Program-made: the position numbers and the translations under genes
DNA from: an uncultured Lachnospiraceae bacterium
GTDB lineage: Bacteria > Bacillota > Clostridia > Lachnospirales > Lachnospiraceae
Direction of reading: 5' to 3'
Length of the DNA: 64,000 nucleotides
NCBI GenBank assembly: GCA_947626285.1
Contig: CANQRR010000005.1
Span: 15,256-79,255, forward strand
Part shown: positions 1-10,477 of the stretch, in pieces
Layout of the letters: each line of letters opens with the position of its first letter
How positions within the stretch are numbered: position 1 is the stretch's first letter
Notes under the pieces: generated by a model
Seen by the model: only the letters and a program-made list of their open reading frames with translations
Database searches by the model: none
Told to the model about the DNA's origin: nothing

Positions 1-66
1 GCCGCCGATGGAGACAGACTTGAGGACATGCGGAAGTGTGATGCCCAGGTGTGGGAAACGGATCAT
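1..66 (-). CDS. lgt: 5' end of a probable prolipoprotein diacylglyceryl transferase (runs off the left edge)
   Basis: ATG at 66 preceded by an AAAGGGG RBS; reads MIRFPHLGITLPHVLKSVSIGG, resembling the N-terminus of Lachnospiraceae Lgt; lies just downstream of ychF. Only 22 codons are visible and it is not in the ORF track. Confidence 0.65.
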   Translation of the reverse strand, partial: MIRFPHLGITLPHVLKSVSIGG

Positions 67-93
67 ACTGCAGCCCCTTTCTATTATACATGC

Positions 94-224
94 TGTGAAC
101 ACACGCACATTCGTGCGCCGCACCATTCGCATTCCGCTTCGCTTCATGCTCATGATGCTCGCTCGTCAAATCCGCAGAGCACCGTGCAAGCACTGCTCTG
201 CGCACTTGCCTCACTTCGTTCACA
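94..224. repeat. REP/MITE-like palindromic intergenic element
   Basis: Terminal inverted repeat TGTGAAC (94-100) / GTTCACA (218-224); internal hairpins GCAGAGCA..TGCTCTGC, GCAC-ATTC-GTGC and GCAT..ATGC; CGCTTCGCT-type motif. The right end overlaps the ychF stop codon. Confidence 0.55.
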
Positions 225-1317
225 CATTAAACCGGAACAAAATCACATCCCCGTCCTGCACGACGTAGTCCTTGCCCTCAAGACGGACAAGCCCCTTTTC
301 CTTCGCGGCGGCGGATGAGCCGCAGTCCAGAAGATCGCGGTAGTTCACGACCTCCGCGCGGATGAAGCCGCGCTCGAAATCCGAATGGATCTTGCCTGCG
401 GCCTGGGGAGCCTTCGTGCCCTTCTTGATCGTCCAGGCGCGCGTCTCCGTCTCGCCCGCGGTCAGATAGCTCAAAAGTCCAAGGAGCGAATAACTCGCCC
501 TGATCAGTTTCTCCAGACCAGACTCTTTCAATCCAAGATCTTCAAGAAACATCTGTTTTTCATCGTCTTCAAGCTCCGCGATCTCCTGCTCGATCTGCGC
601 GCAGATCACGAACACCTCGCTGCCGGACGACGCCGCGTAGGCGCGCACTGCCTGCACGTAAGCGTTCGACGCCCCGTCGTCCGCAAGGTCCGATTCCGCT
701 ACGTTCGCGGCAAAGATCACCGGCTTCGCGGTCAGAAGATTGTACTCGGAAAGCCATGCCTCTTCTTCCTCATCCGTCGGCTCGTAGGTGATCGCCAGCT
801 TCTCCGCCTCCAGATGCGCCTTCAGCTTCTCCAGAAGCTGAAGCTCCTTTGCCTGCGTCTTGTCGTTCCTGGCTGCGCGCGCCGTCTTCGAGATACGGCG
901 TTCCAGAATCTCCAGGTCGGAAAAGATCAGCTCCAGATTAATCGTCTCTATATCGCGGACCGGATCCACGGAACCGTCCACATGAATCACATTGGAATCC
1001 TCGAAGCAGCGCACGACATGTACGATCGCGTCCACTTCCCGGATGTTCGCAAGAAACTGGTTTCCCAGCCCTTCGCCTTTCGATGCCCCCTTCACCAGCC
1101 CCGCAATGTCGACGAACTCGATCACCGCCGGCGTCGTCTTCGCCGAATGATACAGGTCGGTCAGCAGTTTCAGGCGCTCGTCCGGCACCGCGACGACTCC
1201 GATGTTCGGATCGATCGTGCAGAACGGATAATTCGCTGACTCCGCGCCCGCTTTCGTCAGCGAATTGAACAGCGTACTCTTGCCCACATTCGGCAAGCCT
1301 ACAATTCCAAGCTTCAT
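220..1317 (-). CDS. ychF: Redox-regulated ribosome-binding ATPase YchF (Obg family)
   Basis: [13 protein letters not shown]-loop, [32 protein letters not shown]-terminal TGS domain. Confidence 0.98.
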   Translation of the reverse strand: MKLGIVGLPNVGKSTLFNSLTKAGAESANYPFCTIDPNIGVVAVPDERLKLLTDLYHSAKTTPAVIEFVDIAGLVKGASKGEGLGNQFLANIREVDAIVHVVRCFEDSNVIHVDGSVDPVRDIETINLELIFSDLEILERRISKTARAARNDKTQAKELQLLEKLKAHLEAEKLAITYEPTDEEEEAWLSEYNLLTAKPVIFAANVAESDLADDGASNAYVQAVRAYAASSGSEVFVICAQIEQEIAELEDDEKQMFLEDLGLKESGLEKLIRASYSLLGLLSYLTAGETETRAWTIKKGTKAPQAAGKIHSDFERGFIRAEVVNYRDLLDCGSSAAAKEKGLVRLEGKDYVVQDGDVILFRFNV

Positions 1318-1569
1318 AATTTCCTCTCCATTCTAAGTTCTTTTCTTTTTCACCATTTTCCGTAAGCAAGTCACAGTTTAACACATAAAGCGACAAGAAA
1401 CAATAGTTTCCACCGGAAAACCGCTCGACATAATTCTCCATTTCCGCGCCCCAAAACCGCGAAAGACCGCCACGGTCTCCGTGACAGTCTCCCATTTTCC
1501 CCCGACAATCCGCTCTTCTCCCCGCGATCGTCCGAACGCGCAGAGCTTCAAAATATGTCGAAAATTTCT

Positions 1570-2448
1570 TCAGTATTTCTTCCGCGCCCCGAGCTCGCGT
1601 GCCAGCATGACGTAACTCTCGTAGCGCGGCCCCGCGATCTTTCCTTCCTCCAGCGCAGCCTTCACGGCGCAGTCCGGTTCGCTTATATGCATACATCCCT
1701 GAAAGCGGCAGTCCGCTTCGTACGGCGCGAACTCGCGGAAGCAGTCGCGCAGCTCCCCCGGCTCCATCTCCGGAAGATACAGCGAACTGAATCCCGGCGT
1801 GTCCAGGAAGTAAGTATCCTTTCGCAGGACGATCAGTTCGGTATGCCTGGTCGTGTGTCTTCCACGGCCGATCTTACGGCTGACTTCCCCGACCTCCATC
1901 TGCACCGACGGCTGCAGCGCGTTCGTCAGCGATGATTTCCCGACGCCGGACGGGCCCGCGACCACCGTGGTCTTCCCCTCCAGCAGGCTTTGCACTTCCT
2001 CCAGACCTTCCGCATTCGCCACGCTCAAAAACCGCAGCTCGCTGCCGCAGTCCCGGTAGATGTCCGCCAGCTCCTCCTGCACCCCAGAATCCGTCAAGTC
2101 CGTCTTGTTGAAACAGATCACGACCGGCACGTCCTGTCGACGCATCATGATCAGAAAACGGTCCAGCAGGTTCAGGTTCGGCTTCGGATCCGCCAGCGCA
2201 AAGACCACCAGCGCCTGATCCACATTCGCCGCAGCCGGGCGGATCAGGGCGTTTTTGCGCGGAAACAGAAGATCGACGTTCCCGGTCTTCTCCTTCCCGT
2301 CTATGACGGATATCTCCACGTTGTCTCCGACCAGCGGCTTCTGTTTCTCCTTGCGGAAGATTCCCTTCGCCCTGCACTCATACAGCGCTCCGTCCCCCGC
2401 ATGCACATAATAGAAACCGCCGATCCCTTTTATGATCTTTCCCTGCAT
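1570..2448 (-). CDS. rsgA: Ribosome small subunit-dependent GTPase A
   Basis: N-terminal OB fold, circularly permuted GTPase (NKTD, GPSGVGKSS, GRHTT, DTPGF), C-terminal CxxxxCxHxxExxC Zn site. Confidence 0.97.
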   Translation of the reverse strand: MQGKIIKGIGGFYYVHAGDGALYECRAKGIFRKEKQKPLVGDNVEISVIDGKEKTGNVDLLFPRKNALIRPAAANVDQALVVFALADPKPNLNLLDRFLIMMRRQDVPVVICFNKTDLTDSGVQEELADIYRDCGSELRFLSVANAEGLEEVQSLLEGKTTVVAGPSGVGKSSLTNALQPSVQMEVGEVSRKIGRGRHTTRHTELIVLRKDTYFLDTPGFSSLYLPEMEPGELRDCFREFAPYEADCRFQGCMHISEPDCAVKAALEEGKIAGPRYESYVMLARELGARKKY

Positions 2449-4676
2449 CAGTTCCCCTGTTCGACCGTGATCCCCGGATCTGCGGACGGCGCCGTGCCGT
2501 CCTGCGTCGGGACATCCTGCGTCGTGTCGTTCGGCGTCGTGGCATCCGTCGGCGTTCCGTTCGTCGTCTGCCCATCCGGCTGTTCATTGTAGATCGTAAT
2601 GTTGTCCAGATCGTCCTGGGACGCCGGTCCGGTGCTGATATAGAGCGTCACCGTCGACCCGCGCGCGATCTGCTCATTGGCCGGAGGATCCATGCGGATC
2701 ACATAGCCTTCTCCGATCTCATTGCTCGACTCATACTGATAGTCCGCAATCAGCTCCTGCATCTCAAGCGCCTCGTTCGCGCGCTCCAGCGTATATCCGG
2801 TCAAATCCCACGGCGTCACATAGCTGACGTCGTCGACGTCTTCCTCCTCGCCCTGGCTGACATAAATCGTCACCTTGTCGCCCGGCTTCAGCTTCGTCCC
2901 CGCCATCGGCTCCGTCGTGATAACGCGCCCGTCCTCAATCGTATCGCTGTGTCTCGATGTGTCGATCTCACAGCTCAGCCCCTGCGCCAGCAGATATGCC
3001 TGCGCCTGACTCTGTTCCTGGTTCGCCAGATCCGGAAGTTCGATCTCCTGCGCCTCCGGCACGACCTTGTACTCGACCGTCGAGCCCTCTTCGACCATCT
3101 GCCCCGCCTCCGGCGACTGATCGCAGACCTCGCCTGCCTGATAGCGGTCGGATTCGATCTCTCCGGTCTTCTTTCCGCTCAGCCCGTAATTTCCAAGCAG
3201 CTTCAGCGCGTCTTCCTCCGAACGCCCGTAAAGCTCCGGCACGGAGACCTTCTGCACGCCCTCCGTCTCCGTCTGGGCCTCCGTCAGTTTTTCCGTCTCC
3301 TTCTTATTACTATTCCTTCGGAAATGGAACAGTCCGACCGCATTCGCAAGAAGCACCAGGAACACGCAGCCGATGATCACGGCGACAATGATCCCGCCGA
3401 TCGTCACGGCGCGCTCAAGCTTCGGATTCAGCCCAACCTCATCGTCATCCTCCCGGGGACGCGGCGGTCTCGGCACGAAGCTCTCATCCAGCCGGTAGTT
3501 CCCGTCATGGATCGCGTAATCATCCGGATTTTCATATGCGTCAAAGTACGGATCATACTGTTGGTTCTCGTCTGTCGCCTCGCTCTCCACCAGAGATTCC
3601 CACTGTCCCTCCCGGCTCTGTCCTGGACGGACCTCCTGATAGGCGCTCTTCTGGTAATAGCTTCCCGGCTGATACGCGCGGTTCTGCGTAGGACCGGTCT
3701 CCTGCACGTGCAGTCCCGCCGCCGCGCCGACATCCAGAGACTCGTCGTACTCCGGCATCGTCTTCTGCTCCGCATTGATCTGCCCCAGCTCATCCTTCGA
3801 CATAACGCGCGTCTTCGCCATGTTATCCACAGGCGTCTTCGTCACGAAATCCCCTTCCGGGTTCACCAGAGACTCTCTGAGATCGCGGATCAGCTCCGTC
3901 ATGTTCGCATAGCGCCTATCCGGGCTCTTCTGCGTGCACTTGAGCACGATCTCGTTCGTGCTGTGCGGGATCTCCGGCACCAGCTCCTTCGGTCCGTGCA
4001 CCTCCTCCTGGAGATGACGGATTGCCACTGCCACCGCCGTGTCCCCATCGAACGGCACTTCCCCGGTCAACATCTCATAGATCGTGATGCCAAGCGAATA
4101 GATGTCGCTCTTCTCATCGCTGTACCCACCGCGCGACTGCTCCGGAGAGCTGTAGTGCACCGACCCCATCACGGCCGAATTCACCGTGTTGGTCGTCGCC
4201 GCGCGCGCGATGCCGAAGTCCGCCACCTTGACCTTCCCGTCCGTCGATATGATGATGTTCTGCGGCTTCACATCGCGGTGGATGATGCCGTTGTTGTGCG
4301 CGGCCTCCAGTCCCGCTGAGATCTGCAGCGCAATGCTGGTCGCCTCGCGCACGGAGAGCCGCCCCTTGTTCTTGATGTACTCTTTAAGCGTTATACCCTC
4401 GACCAGCTCCATCACAATGTAATGGATCCCGGCCTCCTCGCCGACGTCGTACACGTTCACAATGTTTGCGTGCGCCAGCCCCGCCGCGGACTGCGCTTCC
4501 ACCCGGAACTTTGAGATAAACACCTTGTCGTCCCGGAATTCCCTCTTGAGCACCTTGACAGCGACAAAACGGTTCAGCTTGTGGTCTTTCGCCTTATACA
4601 CGTCTGCCATTCCGCCGGAGCCGATCTTCGATATGATCTCATATCTGTTTTGTATGAACATTCCAACTTTTATCAT
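2448..4676 (-). CDS. prkC: Stk1/PrkC-family PASTA-domain Ser/Thr protein kinase
   Basis: IGSGGMADVY, VAVK, HRDVKPQN, DFG and YSSPE motifs; one TM helix; three PASTA-like repeats; canonical stp-stk-rsgA context. Confidence 0.95.
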   Translation of the reverse strand: MIKVGMFIQNRYEIISKIGSGGMADVYKAKDHKLNRFVAVKVLKREFRDDKVFISKFRVEAQSAAGLAHANIVNVYDVGEEAGIHYIVMELVEGITLKEYIKNKGRLSVREATSIALQISAGLEAAHNNGIIHRDVKPQNIIISTDGKVKVADFGIARAATTNTVNSAVMGSVHYSSPEQSRGGYSDEKSDIYSLGITIYEMLTGEVPFDGDTAVAVAIRHLQEEVHGPKELVPEIPHSTNEIVLKCTQKSPDRRYANMTELIRDLRESLVNPEGDFVTKTPVDNMAKTRVMSKDELGQINAEQKTMPEYDESLDVGAAAGLHVQETGPTQNRAYQPGSYYQKSAYQEVRPGQSREGQWESLVESEATDENQQYDPYFDAYENPDDYAIHDGNYRLDESFVPRPPRPREDDDEVGLNPKLERAVTIGGIIVAVIIGCVFLVLLANAVGLFHFRRNSNKKETEKLTEAQTETEGVQKVSVPELYGRSEEDALKLLGNYGLSGKKTGEIESDRYQAGEVCDQSPEAGQMVEEGSTVEYKVVPEAQEIELPDLANQEQSQAQAYLLAQGLSCEIDTSRHSDTIEDGRVITTEPMAGTKLKPGDKVTIYVSQGEEEDVDDVSYVTPWDLTGYTLERANEALEMQELIADYQYESSNEIGEGYVIRMDPPANEQIARGSTVTLYISTGPASQDDLDNITIYNEQPDGQTTNGTPTDATTPNDTTQDVPTQDGTAPSADPGITVEQGN

Positions 4677-4693
4677 ATCTCTTCCCCTGTCGG

Positions 4694-5413
4694 CTAAAAT
4701 TCAGCCAGAACTACTGAAATGTTATCTTTGCCCCCGTTTTTGTTCGCCTCGTTCACCAAATGCTTCGCTGCCTCTTCTAGCGAACTGCTTTTTTTCACAA
4801 TGCGGAAAATGTCCTCATCCTCCACCATATTCGTCAAACCGTCGGAGCAGAGCAGGATTTTGTCGCCCTTCTCCAGCTTCACGTCAAAAAAGTCGATCTT
4901 GACCGGCGTCCGGACTCCAATCGCCCTCGTGATGATGTTGCGGTCCGGATGGCTCCTGGCATCCTTGCGCTGCAGCTCCCCGATCCGAATCATCTCCTCC
5001 ACCAGGGAGTGGTCCGTCGTGATCTGTTCGATTCCCTGATTGAGCAGGTAGAGCCTGCTGTCCCCGACATTCGCGACATACAGATACCCGTCGATCAGCG
5101 TGGCCGCTACCACCGTCGTCCCCATGCCTTCCATCGACCGGTCGGAGCGCGCTTTCTCGATCACAAAATCGTTCGCCTGATGGATCGCGGCGCTGAGCAG
5201 GGGAATCGGGCGCGTCTCCTCCGCTTTCCCGATATGATCGACCATAGTCTCCACCGTATAGCGCGACGCAAAATCCCCCGCCTTGTGGCCGCCCATGCCG
5301 TCCGCCACCACAAGCAGGTTCGGAAGGCTTCCGACCGGCTGATCCGAGGCGTAGATAAAGTCCTGGTTGGACGTGCGCCTTTTGCCGATGTCCGTGATGC
5401 TATACGTCTTCAT
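4694..5413 (-). CDS. prpC: Stp1/PrpC PP2C-family protein phosphatase
   Basis: NQD, VADGMGGH, ANVGDSR, LCSDGL and DNIS motifs; probable start MKTYSITD at 5413 with an RBS, and a TTGTCC-17-TAGAAT promoter upstream. Confidence 0.95.
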   Translation of the reverse strand: MKTYSITDIGKRRTSNQDFIYASDQPVGSLPNLLVVADGMGGHKAGDFASRYTVETMVDHIGKAEETRPIPLLSAAIHQANDFVIEKARSDRSMEGMGTTVVAATLIDGYLYVANVGDSRLYLLNQGIEQITTDHSLVEEMIRIGELQRKDARSHPDRNIITRAIGVRTPVKIDFFDVKLEKGDKILLCSDGLTNMVEDEDIFRIVKKSSSLEEAAKHLVNEANKNGGKDNISVVLAEF

Positions 5414-5534
5414 ACCTGTTCTTTCCTCTCTTTTATCTGTCTGAACCGCGCCCGCACTGAAAGAAATCTCACTGCGCACAGCCCATGCTTCCGCGAACAT
5501 TCTATCACACCAGTCCCAAAAGGACAAGCGAATA

Positions 5535-6599
5535 TTAAGTGCTTCGGTCTGATCCGGCCTCAATATAGCCTTTCCACAGCTGGCCGCACGCGCCCGCGAT
5601 GTCGCGCCCCATCTCCCTTCGGATCGTGGCGTTGACCCCGTACTGCTCCAGCTTCCTCTGGAACGCCAGCACGGCGCCGCGGTCCGGCTGGACGAAATTC
5701 CGCTCCTTCACGGGGTTCACCGGGATCAGGTTCACGTGGCAGTTCATGCCGCCAATCAGCCCGGCAAGCTCCTTCGCATCCTGCGCCGTGTCGTTCACGC
5801 CGCCCACCAGGCTGTACTCAAAGGTGATCCTGCGGCCCGTGCGGTCAAAATAATACCGGCAGGCGTCGAGGACGTCCGAAAGCTCATACCGGTTCGCCAC
5901 CGGCATCAGCTGCCTGCGCTTCTCCTGGCTGGACGCGTGCAGGGAGAGCGCCAGCGTGATCTGCAGCTCCTCCTCTGCCAGCGCGCGGATCTTCTCCACG
6001 ATTCCGCAAGTCGACACCGTGACGTTTCTCTGGCTGATGTGCAGGCCATGCTCGCCGGTCAGCAGCCGCAGAAAGCGCAGAAGGTTTTCATAATTGTCCA
6101 GCGGCTCGCCGGTCCCCATCACGACCACGTTCGACACCCGCTCGCCGGTGATCTTCTGGATCTGATAGATCTGATCCAGCATCTCGGACGGCAGGAGGTT
6201 CCGCGTCAGCCCGCCGATCGTCGAGGCGCAGAAACGGCAGCCCATCCGGCAGCCGGCCTGTGAGGAGATGCAGACGGAGTTCCCGTGATGGTACCGCATC
6301 AGCACGCTCTCAATGACATTCCCGTCAGAAAGACGGAACAGATATTTCTCTGTTCCGTCCAACGCGGATATTTTTCGTTCCACCGCCTCAAGGTGAGTGT
6401 AATCATAAGTCTCCCGAAGTTTTTCCCGCAGCCCCTTCGGCAGGTTCGTCATCTCGTCAAATCCGTCCGCCAGCTTCTCATGCATCCACTGAAAGAGCTG
6501 CTTCGCCCGAAACGGCTTTTCGCCCAGCGCGGCGATCTCCGCCGTCAATTCCTCCGGCGAAAGGGAGCGGATATCCCTGATCTTATTGTCTATGTTCAT
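5535..6599 (-). CDS. rlmN: 23S rRNA m2A2503 methyltransferase (radical SAM)
   Basis: CISSQAGCRMGCRFC, MGTGEP and ACGQL motifs; start is 6599 (ATG) or 6611 (GTG). Confidence 0.96.
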   Translation of the reverse strand: MNIDNKIRDIRSLSPEELTAEIAALGEKPFRAKQLFQWMHEKLADGFDEMTNLPKGLREKLRETYDYTHLEAVERKISALDGTEKYLFRLSDGNVIESVLMRYHHGNSVCISSQAGCRMGCRFCASTIGGLTRNLLPSEMLDQIYQIQKITGERVSNVVVMGTGEPLDNYENLLRFLRLLTGEHGLHISQRNVTVSTCGIVEKIRALAEEELQITLALSLHASSQEKRRQLMPVANRYELSDVLDACRYYFDRTGRRITFEYSLVGGVNDTAQDAKELAGLIGGMNCHVNLIPVNPVKERNFVQPDRGAVLAFQRKLEQYGVNATIRREMGRDIAGACGQLWKGYIEAGSDRST

Positions 6600-6646
6600 A
6601 CCGTCTTCCACACTTTTCCATCGAAATACCGTTCAATAGCAGCGCT

Positions 6647-8077
6647 CTATTCCTCTTCGTCCAGATAGAAGTCCTCGTCCGGCCCCTCCTCCGGGTCCAG
6701 ATAATAGTCCATGTCCTGCGGCTCGCTCACCCGGCGGAACCGCGCGATGAAAAACCCGTCCGAACGGTGCACACCGGGCAGAAGCTGAAGATAGCCGGCC
6801 TCCGTCGTCTTGCCCTTCAGTTCCTCGCAAATGTACGGATTGATGTTCTCCAGACGGAACGGATAGTTCTCAAGGAACCACTTGACGTTGTACTGGTTCT
6901 CGTCCGCGCCGATCGTGCAGGTGCTGAAGATCAGCACGCCCTCCGGCTTGACGTATTCCTGTACGACGGAGAGGATCCTTCTCTGCAGCCGGATGATGTC
7001 CTGCTGCTGTTTTTCCGACATCTTATACTTGATGTCCTGCTTCTTTCCGATCACGCCCAGCCCGGAACAGGGCAGATCCGCCAGCACGATATCCGCCTTC
7101 TGCACGGAATCCGGGTCGCGGACCGTGGCGTCCTTCAGCACCGCGCGGATGTTGATCGCGCCGGTGCGCTCGATGTTCTCCTGCATCAGGCCGACCTTGT
7201 ATTCCGACACATCCCGCGCCTCCACATATCCGCTGCCCATCAGCTTATCCGCGATGTGCAGGCTCTTTCCGCCCGGGGACGCGCACACGTCGTAGCAGGT
7301 GTCTCCCCAGTTCGGCGCGGCGATCTCCGCCACCAACATTGAACTGATGTCCTGTACCTGGATCCAGCCTTTCCGGAACGCGGAGACCGCCTGCATGTAA
7401 TTGTAACCGGTGATCTCCAGGGCATAGTCCAGATAGGGATGCTGTTTCACCGAAATGCCCTGGTCCTCAAGCTCCGCTATGATCTCTTCCTTTGACGCGC
7501 GCGCCAGGTTGCAGCGCACGACCGTCGGCTTCTCCATGTGCGTGTCTCTGCAGATCTTCTCCGTCGTGTCGTAGCCGAACTGCGCCACCCATTTGCTCAG
7601 CATCCAGATCGGGAACGAATATTTCACCGACAGATAGTGTAGCGGCTCCACCTTCGGATCCGGATACCGGACCTGGTTCAGCCTGCGCGCCGTGTTGCGC
7701 AGAACCCCGTTGACAAAGCCCTTGAGATTGTAAAACCCCTTGCGCGACGCCAGGGTGACGGCCTCGTTGCACGCGGCGGCGTCCGGCACGCTGTCCATGT
7801 ATTTCATCTGGTAGACCGACATCCGCAACAGATTGCGGATCAGAGGCTTCATATTGTAGACCGGAACGTTGGAAAACTGCTCGATGATGTAGTCCATCTG
7901 CATCATATGCTCCAGCGTTCCCTCCACGGTCCTGGAAATGAAAGCGCGGTCCCGCTTCTCAAGATACTGGTACTTCTCCAGCGCCTCGCGGAGGACGACG
8001 TGGCTGTACGCTTCCTCCTCCGTGATCTCCATCAAAATGCCCAGCGCGATCTCGCGCAGATTTACCTGTTTTGTCAT
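6647..8077 (-). CDS. rsmB: 16S rRNA m5C967 methyltransferase RsmB/Sun
   Basis: NusB-like N-terminal domain, DVCASPGGKS, DLPCSG and FSTCT motifs; acidic C-terminal tail; probable start MTKQVNL at 8077. Confidence 0.95.
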   Translation of the reverse strand: MTKQVNLREIALGILMEITEEEAYSHVVLREALEKYQYLEKRDRAFISRTVEGTLEHMMQMDYIIEQFSNVPVYNMKPLIRNLLRMSVYQMKYMDSVPDAAACNEAVTLASRKGFYNLKGFVNGVLRNTARRLNQVRYPDPKVEPLHYLSVKYSFPIWMLSKWVAQFGYDTTEKICRDTHMEKPTVVRCNLARASKEEIIAELEDQGISVKQHPYLDYALEITGYNYMQAVSAFRKGWIQVQDISSMLVAEIAAPNWGDTCYDVCASPGGKSLHIADKLMGSGYVEARDVSEYKVGLMQENIERTGAINIRAVLKDATVRDPDSVQKADIVLADLPCSGLGVIGKKQDIKYKMSEKQQQDIIRLQRRILSVVQEYVKPEGVLIFSTCTIGADENQYNVKWFLENYPFRLENINPYICEELKGKTTEAGYLQLLPGVHRSDGFFIARFRRVSEPQDMDYYLDPEEGPDEDFYLDEEE

Positions 8078-8197
8078 CTGTTTCTCCCCCTCGGCTTCCG
8101 CATCTCCCCTAGCTGCGGCCGCCCACACTCCATATACTCTCCCGATCCCATATCCTCAGGCGTAAAAATCCCCGTCTCTTCCGGGCTGTCCGTCCGC

Positions 8198-8905
8198 TCA
8201 GTCCCGGTCCCTTCCGCGCGCCAGGATCAGCAAACGCAGAAGCTGCAGGATCGACGCCGCAAGGCTTGCCACATAGGTCATGGCAGCCGCGCCCAGCACT
8301 TTCCGCCCTGCCGCAAGCTCGCTGTCGCTCAGGACATGCCCGTTGTCCAGGATCTTCAGCGCGCGGGACGACGCGTTGAACTCTACCGGAAGCGTCACCA
8401 GCTGGAACAGCACCGCCAGCGAAAACAGAATGATGCCGGCGGTCAGAAGCGGGCGCATGGAAAAGATAAGCCCCGCGAAGAAGACCGGCCACGCCAGCGT
8501 GGAGCCAAAGTTCGCGGCAGGCACGAGCGTACTGCGCAAAACCAGCGGCCCGTAGCCCAGCTGATGCTGTACCGCGTGTCCGCACTCGTGCGCCGCCACA
8601 CAGACCGCAGCGATCGAATTGGACGAATAGGTGCTGTCGGAGAGCCGCAGCGTCTTTGAGCGCGGGTCATAGTGATCCGTCAGATTGCCGGAAATGTGCT
8701 CGATGCGCACATCGGTGATCCCGGACAGCTGCAGCACCTTCTGAGCCGCCATGGCGCCGGTCAGCCCGCACATTGCGCGGACGCCGGAATATTTCCTGAA
8801 CGTGCCGTTGACATGCGCGGACGCGAGCAGGGAAAGTCCCAGCCCCGCAAGGACCAACAGATAGGTCCAGTCAAACATATAACGATAGCCTCCGTAACCG
8901 TACAT
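8198..8905 (-). CDS. Putative neutral zinc metallopeptidase (YugP-like, membrane)
   Basis: LTDHYDP, AAHECGHA (HExxH), VEFNASSRA and AAMTYVA motifs; typical position between fmt and rsmB. Confidence 0.9.
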   Translation of the reverse strand: MYGYGGYRYMFDWTYLLVLAGLGLSLLASAHVNGTFRKYSGVRAMCGLTGAMAAQKVLQLSGITDVRIEHISGNLTDHYDPRSKTLRLSDSTYSSNSIAAVCVAAHECGHAVQHQLGYGPLVLRSTLVPAANFGSTLAWPVFFAGLIFSMRPLLTAGIILFSLAVLFQLVTLPVEFNASSRALKILDNGHVLSDSELAAGRKVLGAAAMTYVASLAASILQLLRLLILARGRDRD

Positions 8906-9019
8906 AGAATCAACTCCTTTTCTTCCTGTCTTTTGTCTACCCGGATCGCCGGATCCGTCCGGACTTTCCCGACATTTTCTGTATGCCGCAGCCATGCCGG
9001 ATCTGCATCCGGCGTCTTT

Positions 9020-9961
9020 TCACTCCGCCCCGAAGCGCTCTCCTGGCTCCACCGGATAGCCGCGCAGGAACGCGTCGACGCTCATGCGCTTCTTGCCCTC
9101 CGGCTGAAGCTCCAGAACGGAGAGCCAGCCGTCTCCGGTGCAGATCTTAAGGCCCGTCTTCGTGACCTCCGCCGCCGTCCCCGGCTCGCCTGTCCCCGGA
9201 GCGGTCTCCGCCGCCCACAGCTTCAGCGTCTTTCCGCGGTAGGTCGTGTAAGCGCTCGGCCAGGGGTTCAGCCCGCGGATCAGGCGCTCGATCTCCCGTG
9301 CGCTCTTTGTCCAGTCTACCCTGCCGTCCCGCTTTGTCAGCATCGCTGCATAGGGCGTCGGACTTTCCTGCGGCTGCCTCTCATACTGCGCCGTGCCGTC
9401 GCCGATGGCGTCCAACGTCCGGATCAGCAGGGACGCGCCCACCGCGCTCAGCTTGTCGAACAGGCTGCCGCCGGTCTCATCCGGCGCAAGCTCCATGCGC
9501 TCCCGCAGGATCATATCTCCGGTGTCCAGCCCCGCGTCCATGCGCATCGTCGTGACGCCGGATTCGCGGTCACCGTTGATCACCGCCCACTGGATCGGCG
9601 CCGCTCCCCGATAGCGCGGAAGCAGGGACGCGTGGACGTTGATGCATCCGCCCGGCGGAAGCTTCAGGATCTCCTCCGGTATGATCTGCCCGAACGCGAC
9701 CACGACGATCACATCCGGCTGCAGGGCGCGCAGCTTCTCCACCCAGCGCGGCTCTCGGATCCGCTCCGGCTGATACACCGGAATGCCCTCAGAAAGCGCC
9801 ACTTCCTTCACCGGGGGCATCTGCAGGGCCTTGCCGCGCCCTTTCGCCTTGTCCGGCTGGGTGAACACCGCCCGCACCTGATAGTTCGGGGAATCGATCA
9901 GCGCCTGCAGCGTCCCCACCGCGAAATCCGGCGTCCCCATAAATACAACGTTTCGTATCAT
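9020..9961 (-). CDS. fmt: Methionyl-tRNA formyltransferase
   Basis: VFMGTPDFA, TQPD, NVHASLLPRYRGAAPIQ and IRGLNPWP motifs. Confidence 0.98.
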   Translation of the reverse strand: MIRNVVFMGTPDFAVGTLQALIDSPNYQVRAVFTQPDKAKGRGKALQMPPVKEVALSEGIPVYQPERIREPRWVEKLRALQPDVIVVVAFGQIIPEEILKLPPGGCINVHASLLPRYRGAAPIQWAVINGDRESGVTTMRMDAGLDTGDMILRERMELAPDETGGSLFDKLSAVGASLLIRTLDAIGDGTAQYERQPQESPTPYAAMLTKRDGRVDWTKSAREIERLIRGLNPWPSAYTTYRGKTLKLWAAETAPGTGEPGTAAEVTKTGLKICTGDGWLSVLELQPEGKKRMSVDAFLRGYPVEPGERFGAE

Positions 9962-10443
9962 TCTTCTTCCTCTTCCGGGGTGACCTCAAACAGCTCGCCC
10001 TCCACATGCCGCACGTACATAATGCCTTCCAGGTGGTCCACCTCATGGCAGATCGCGCGCGCCAGAAGGTCATCGGCCTCCAGCTCAAATTCCTGCATGT
10101 TCTCGTCATACGCCCTGATCTTCACATGACTCGGGCGCGTCACCATGCCCGCCTGACCCGGGAGGCTTAAGCAGCCTTCCTGCCCGGTCTGCTCGCCGGA
10201 CTGCTCCAGGATCTCCGGATTCACCAGGACAAGCGGTTCATTTCTCTTTTCTCCTATATCAATTACCACAATTCGCTTTAATATACCGACCTGCGGGGCC
10301 GCCAGTCCCACGCCGCCCGCGTCGTACATGGTATCCAGCATATCCTGCACCAGCTGCTTCAGCTTCGGCGTCATCTCCTTCACCGGCCGGCATACCTTCT
10401 CCAGTTTCTCATCGCCCATGATCCTGATCTGTCTCAGCGCCAT
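9958..10443 (-). CDS. def: Peptide deformylase
   Basis: GVGLAAPQVG, EGCLS and CHEVDHLEG motifs. Confidence 0.98.
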   Translation of the reverse strand: MALRQIRIMGDEKLEKVCRPVKEMTPKLKQLVQDMLDTMYDAGGVGLAAPQVGILKRIVVIDIGEKRNEPLVLVNPEILEQSGEQTGQEGCLSLPGQAGMVTRPSHVKIRAYDENMQEFELEADDLLARAICHEVDHLEGIMYVRHVEGELFEVTPEEEEE

Positions 10444-10477
10444 GTCGCACCTCCGTTTTTTCTATATTTCAATTCTA

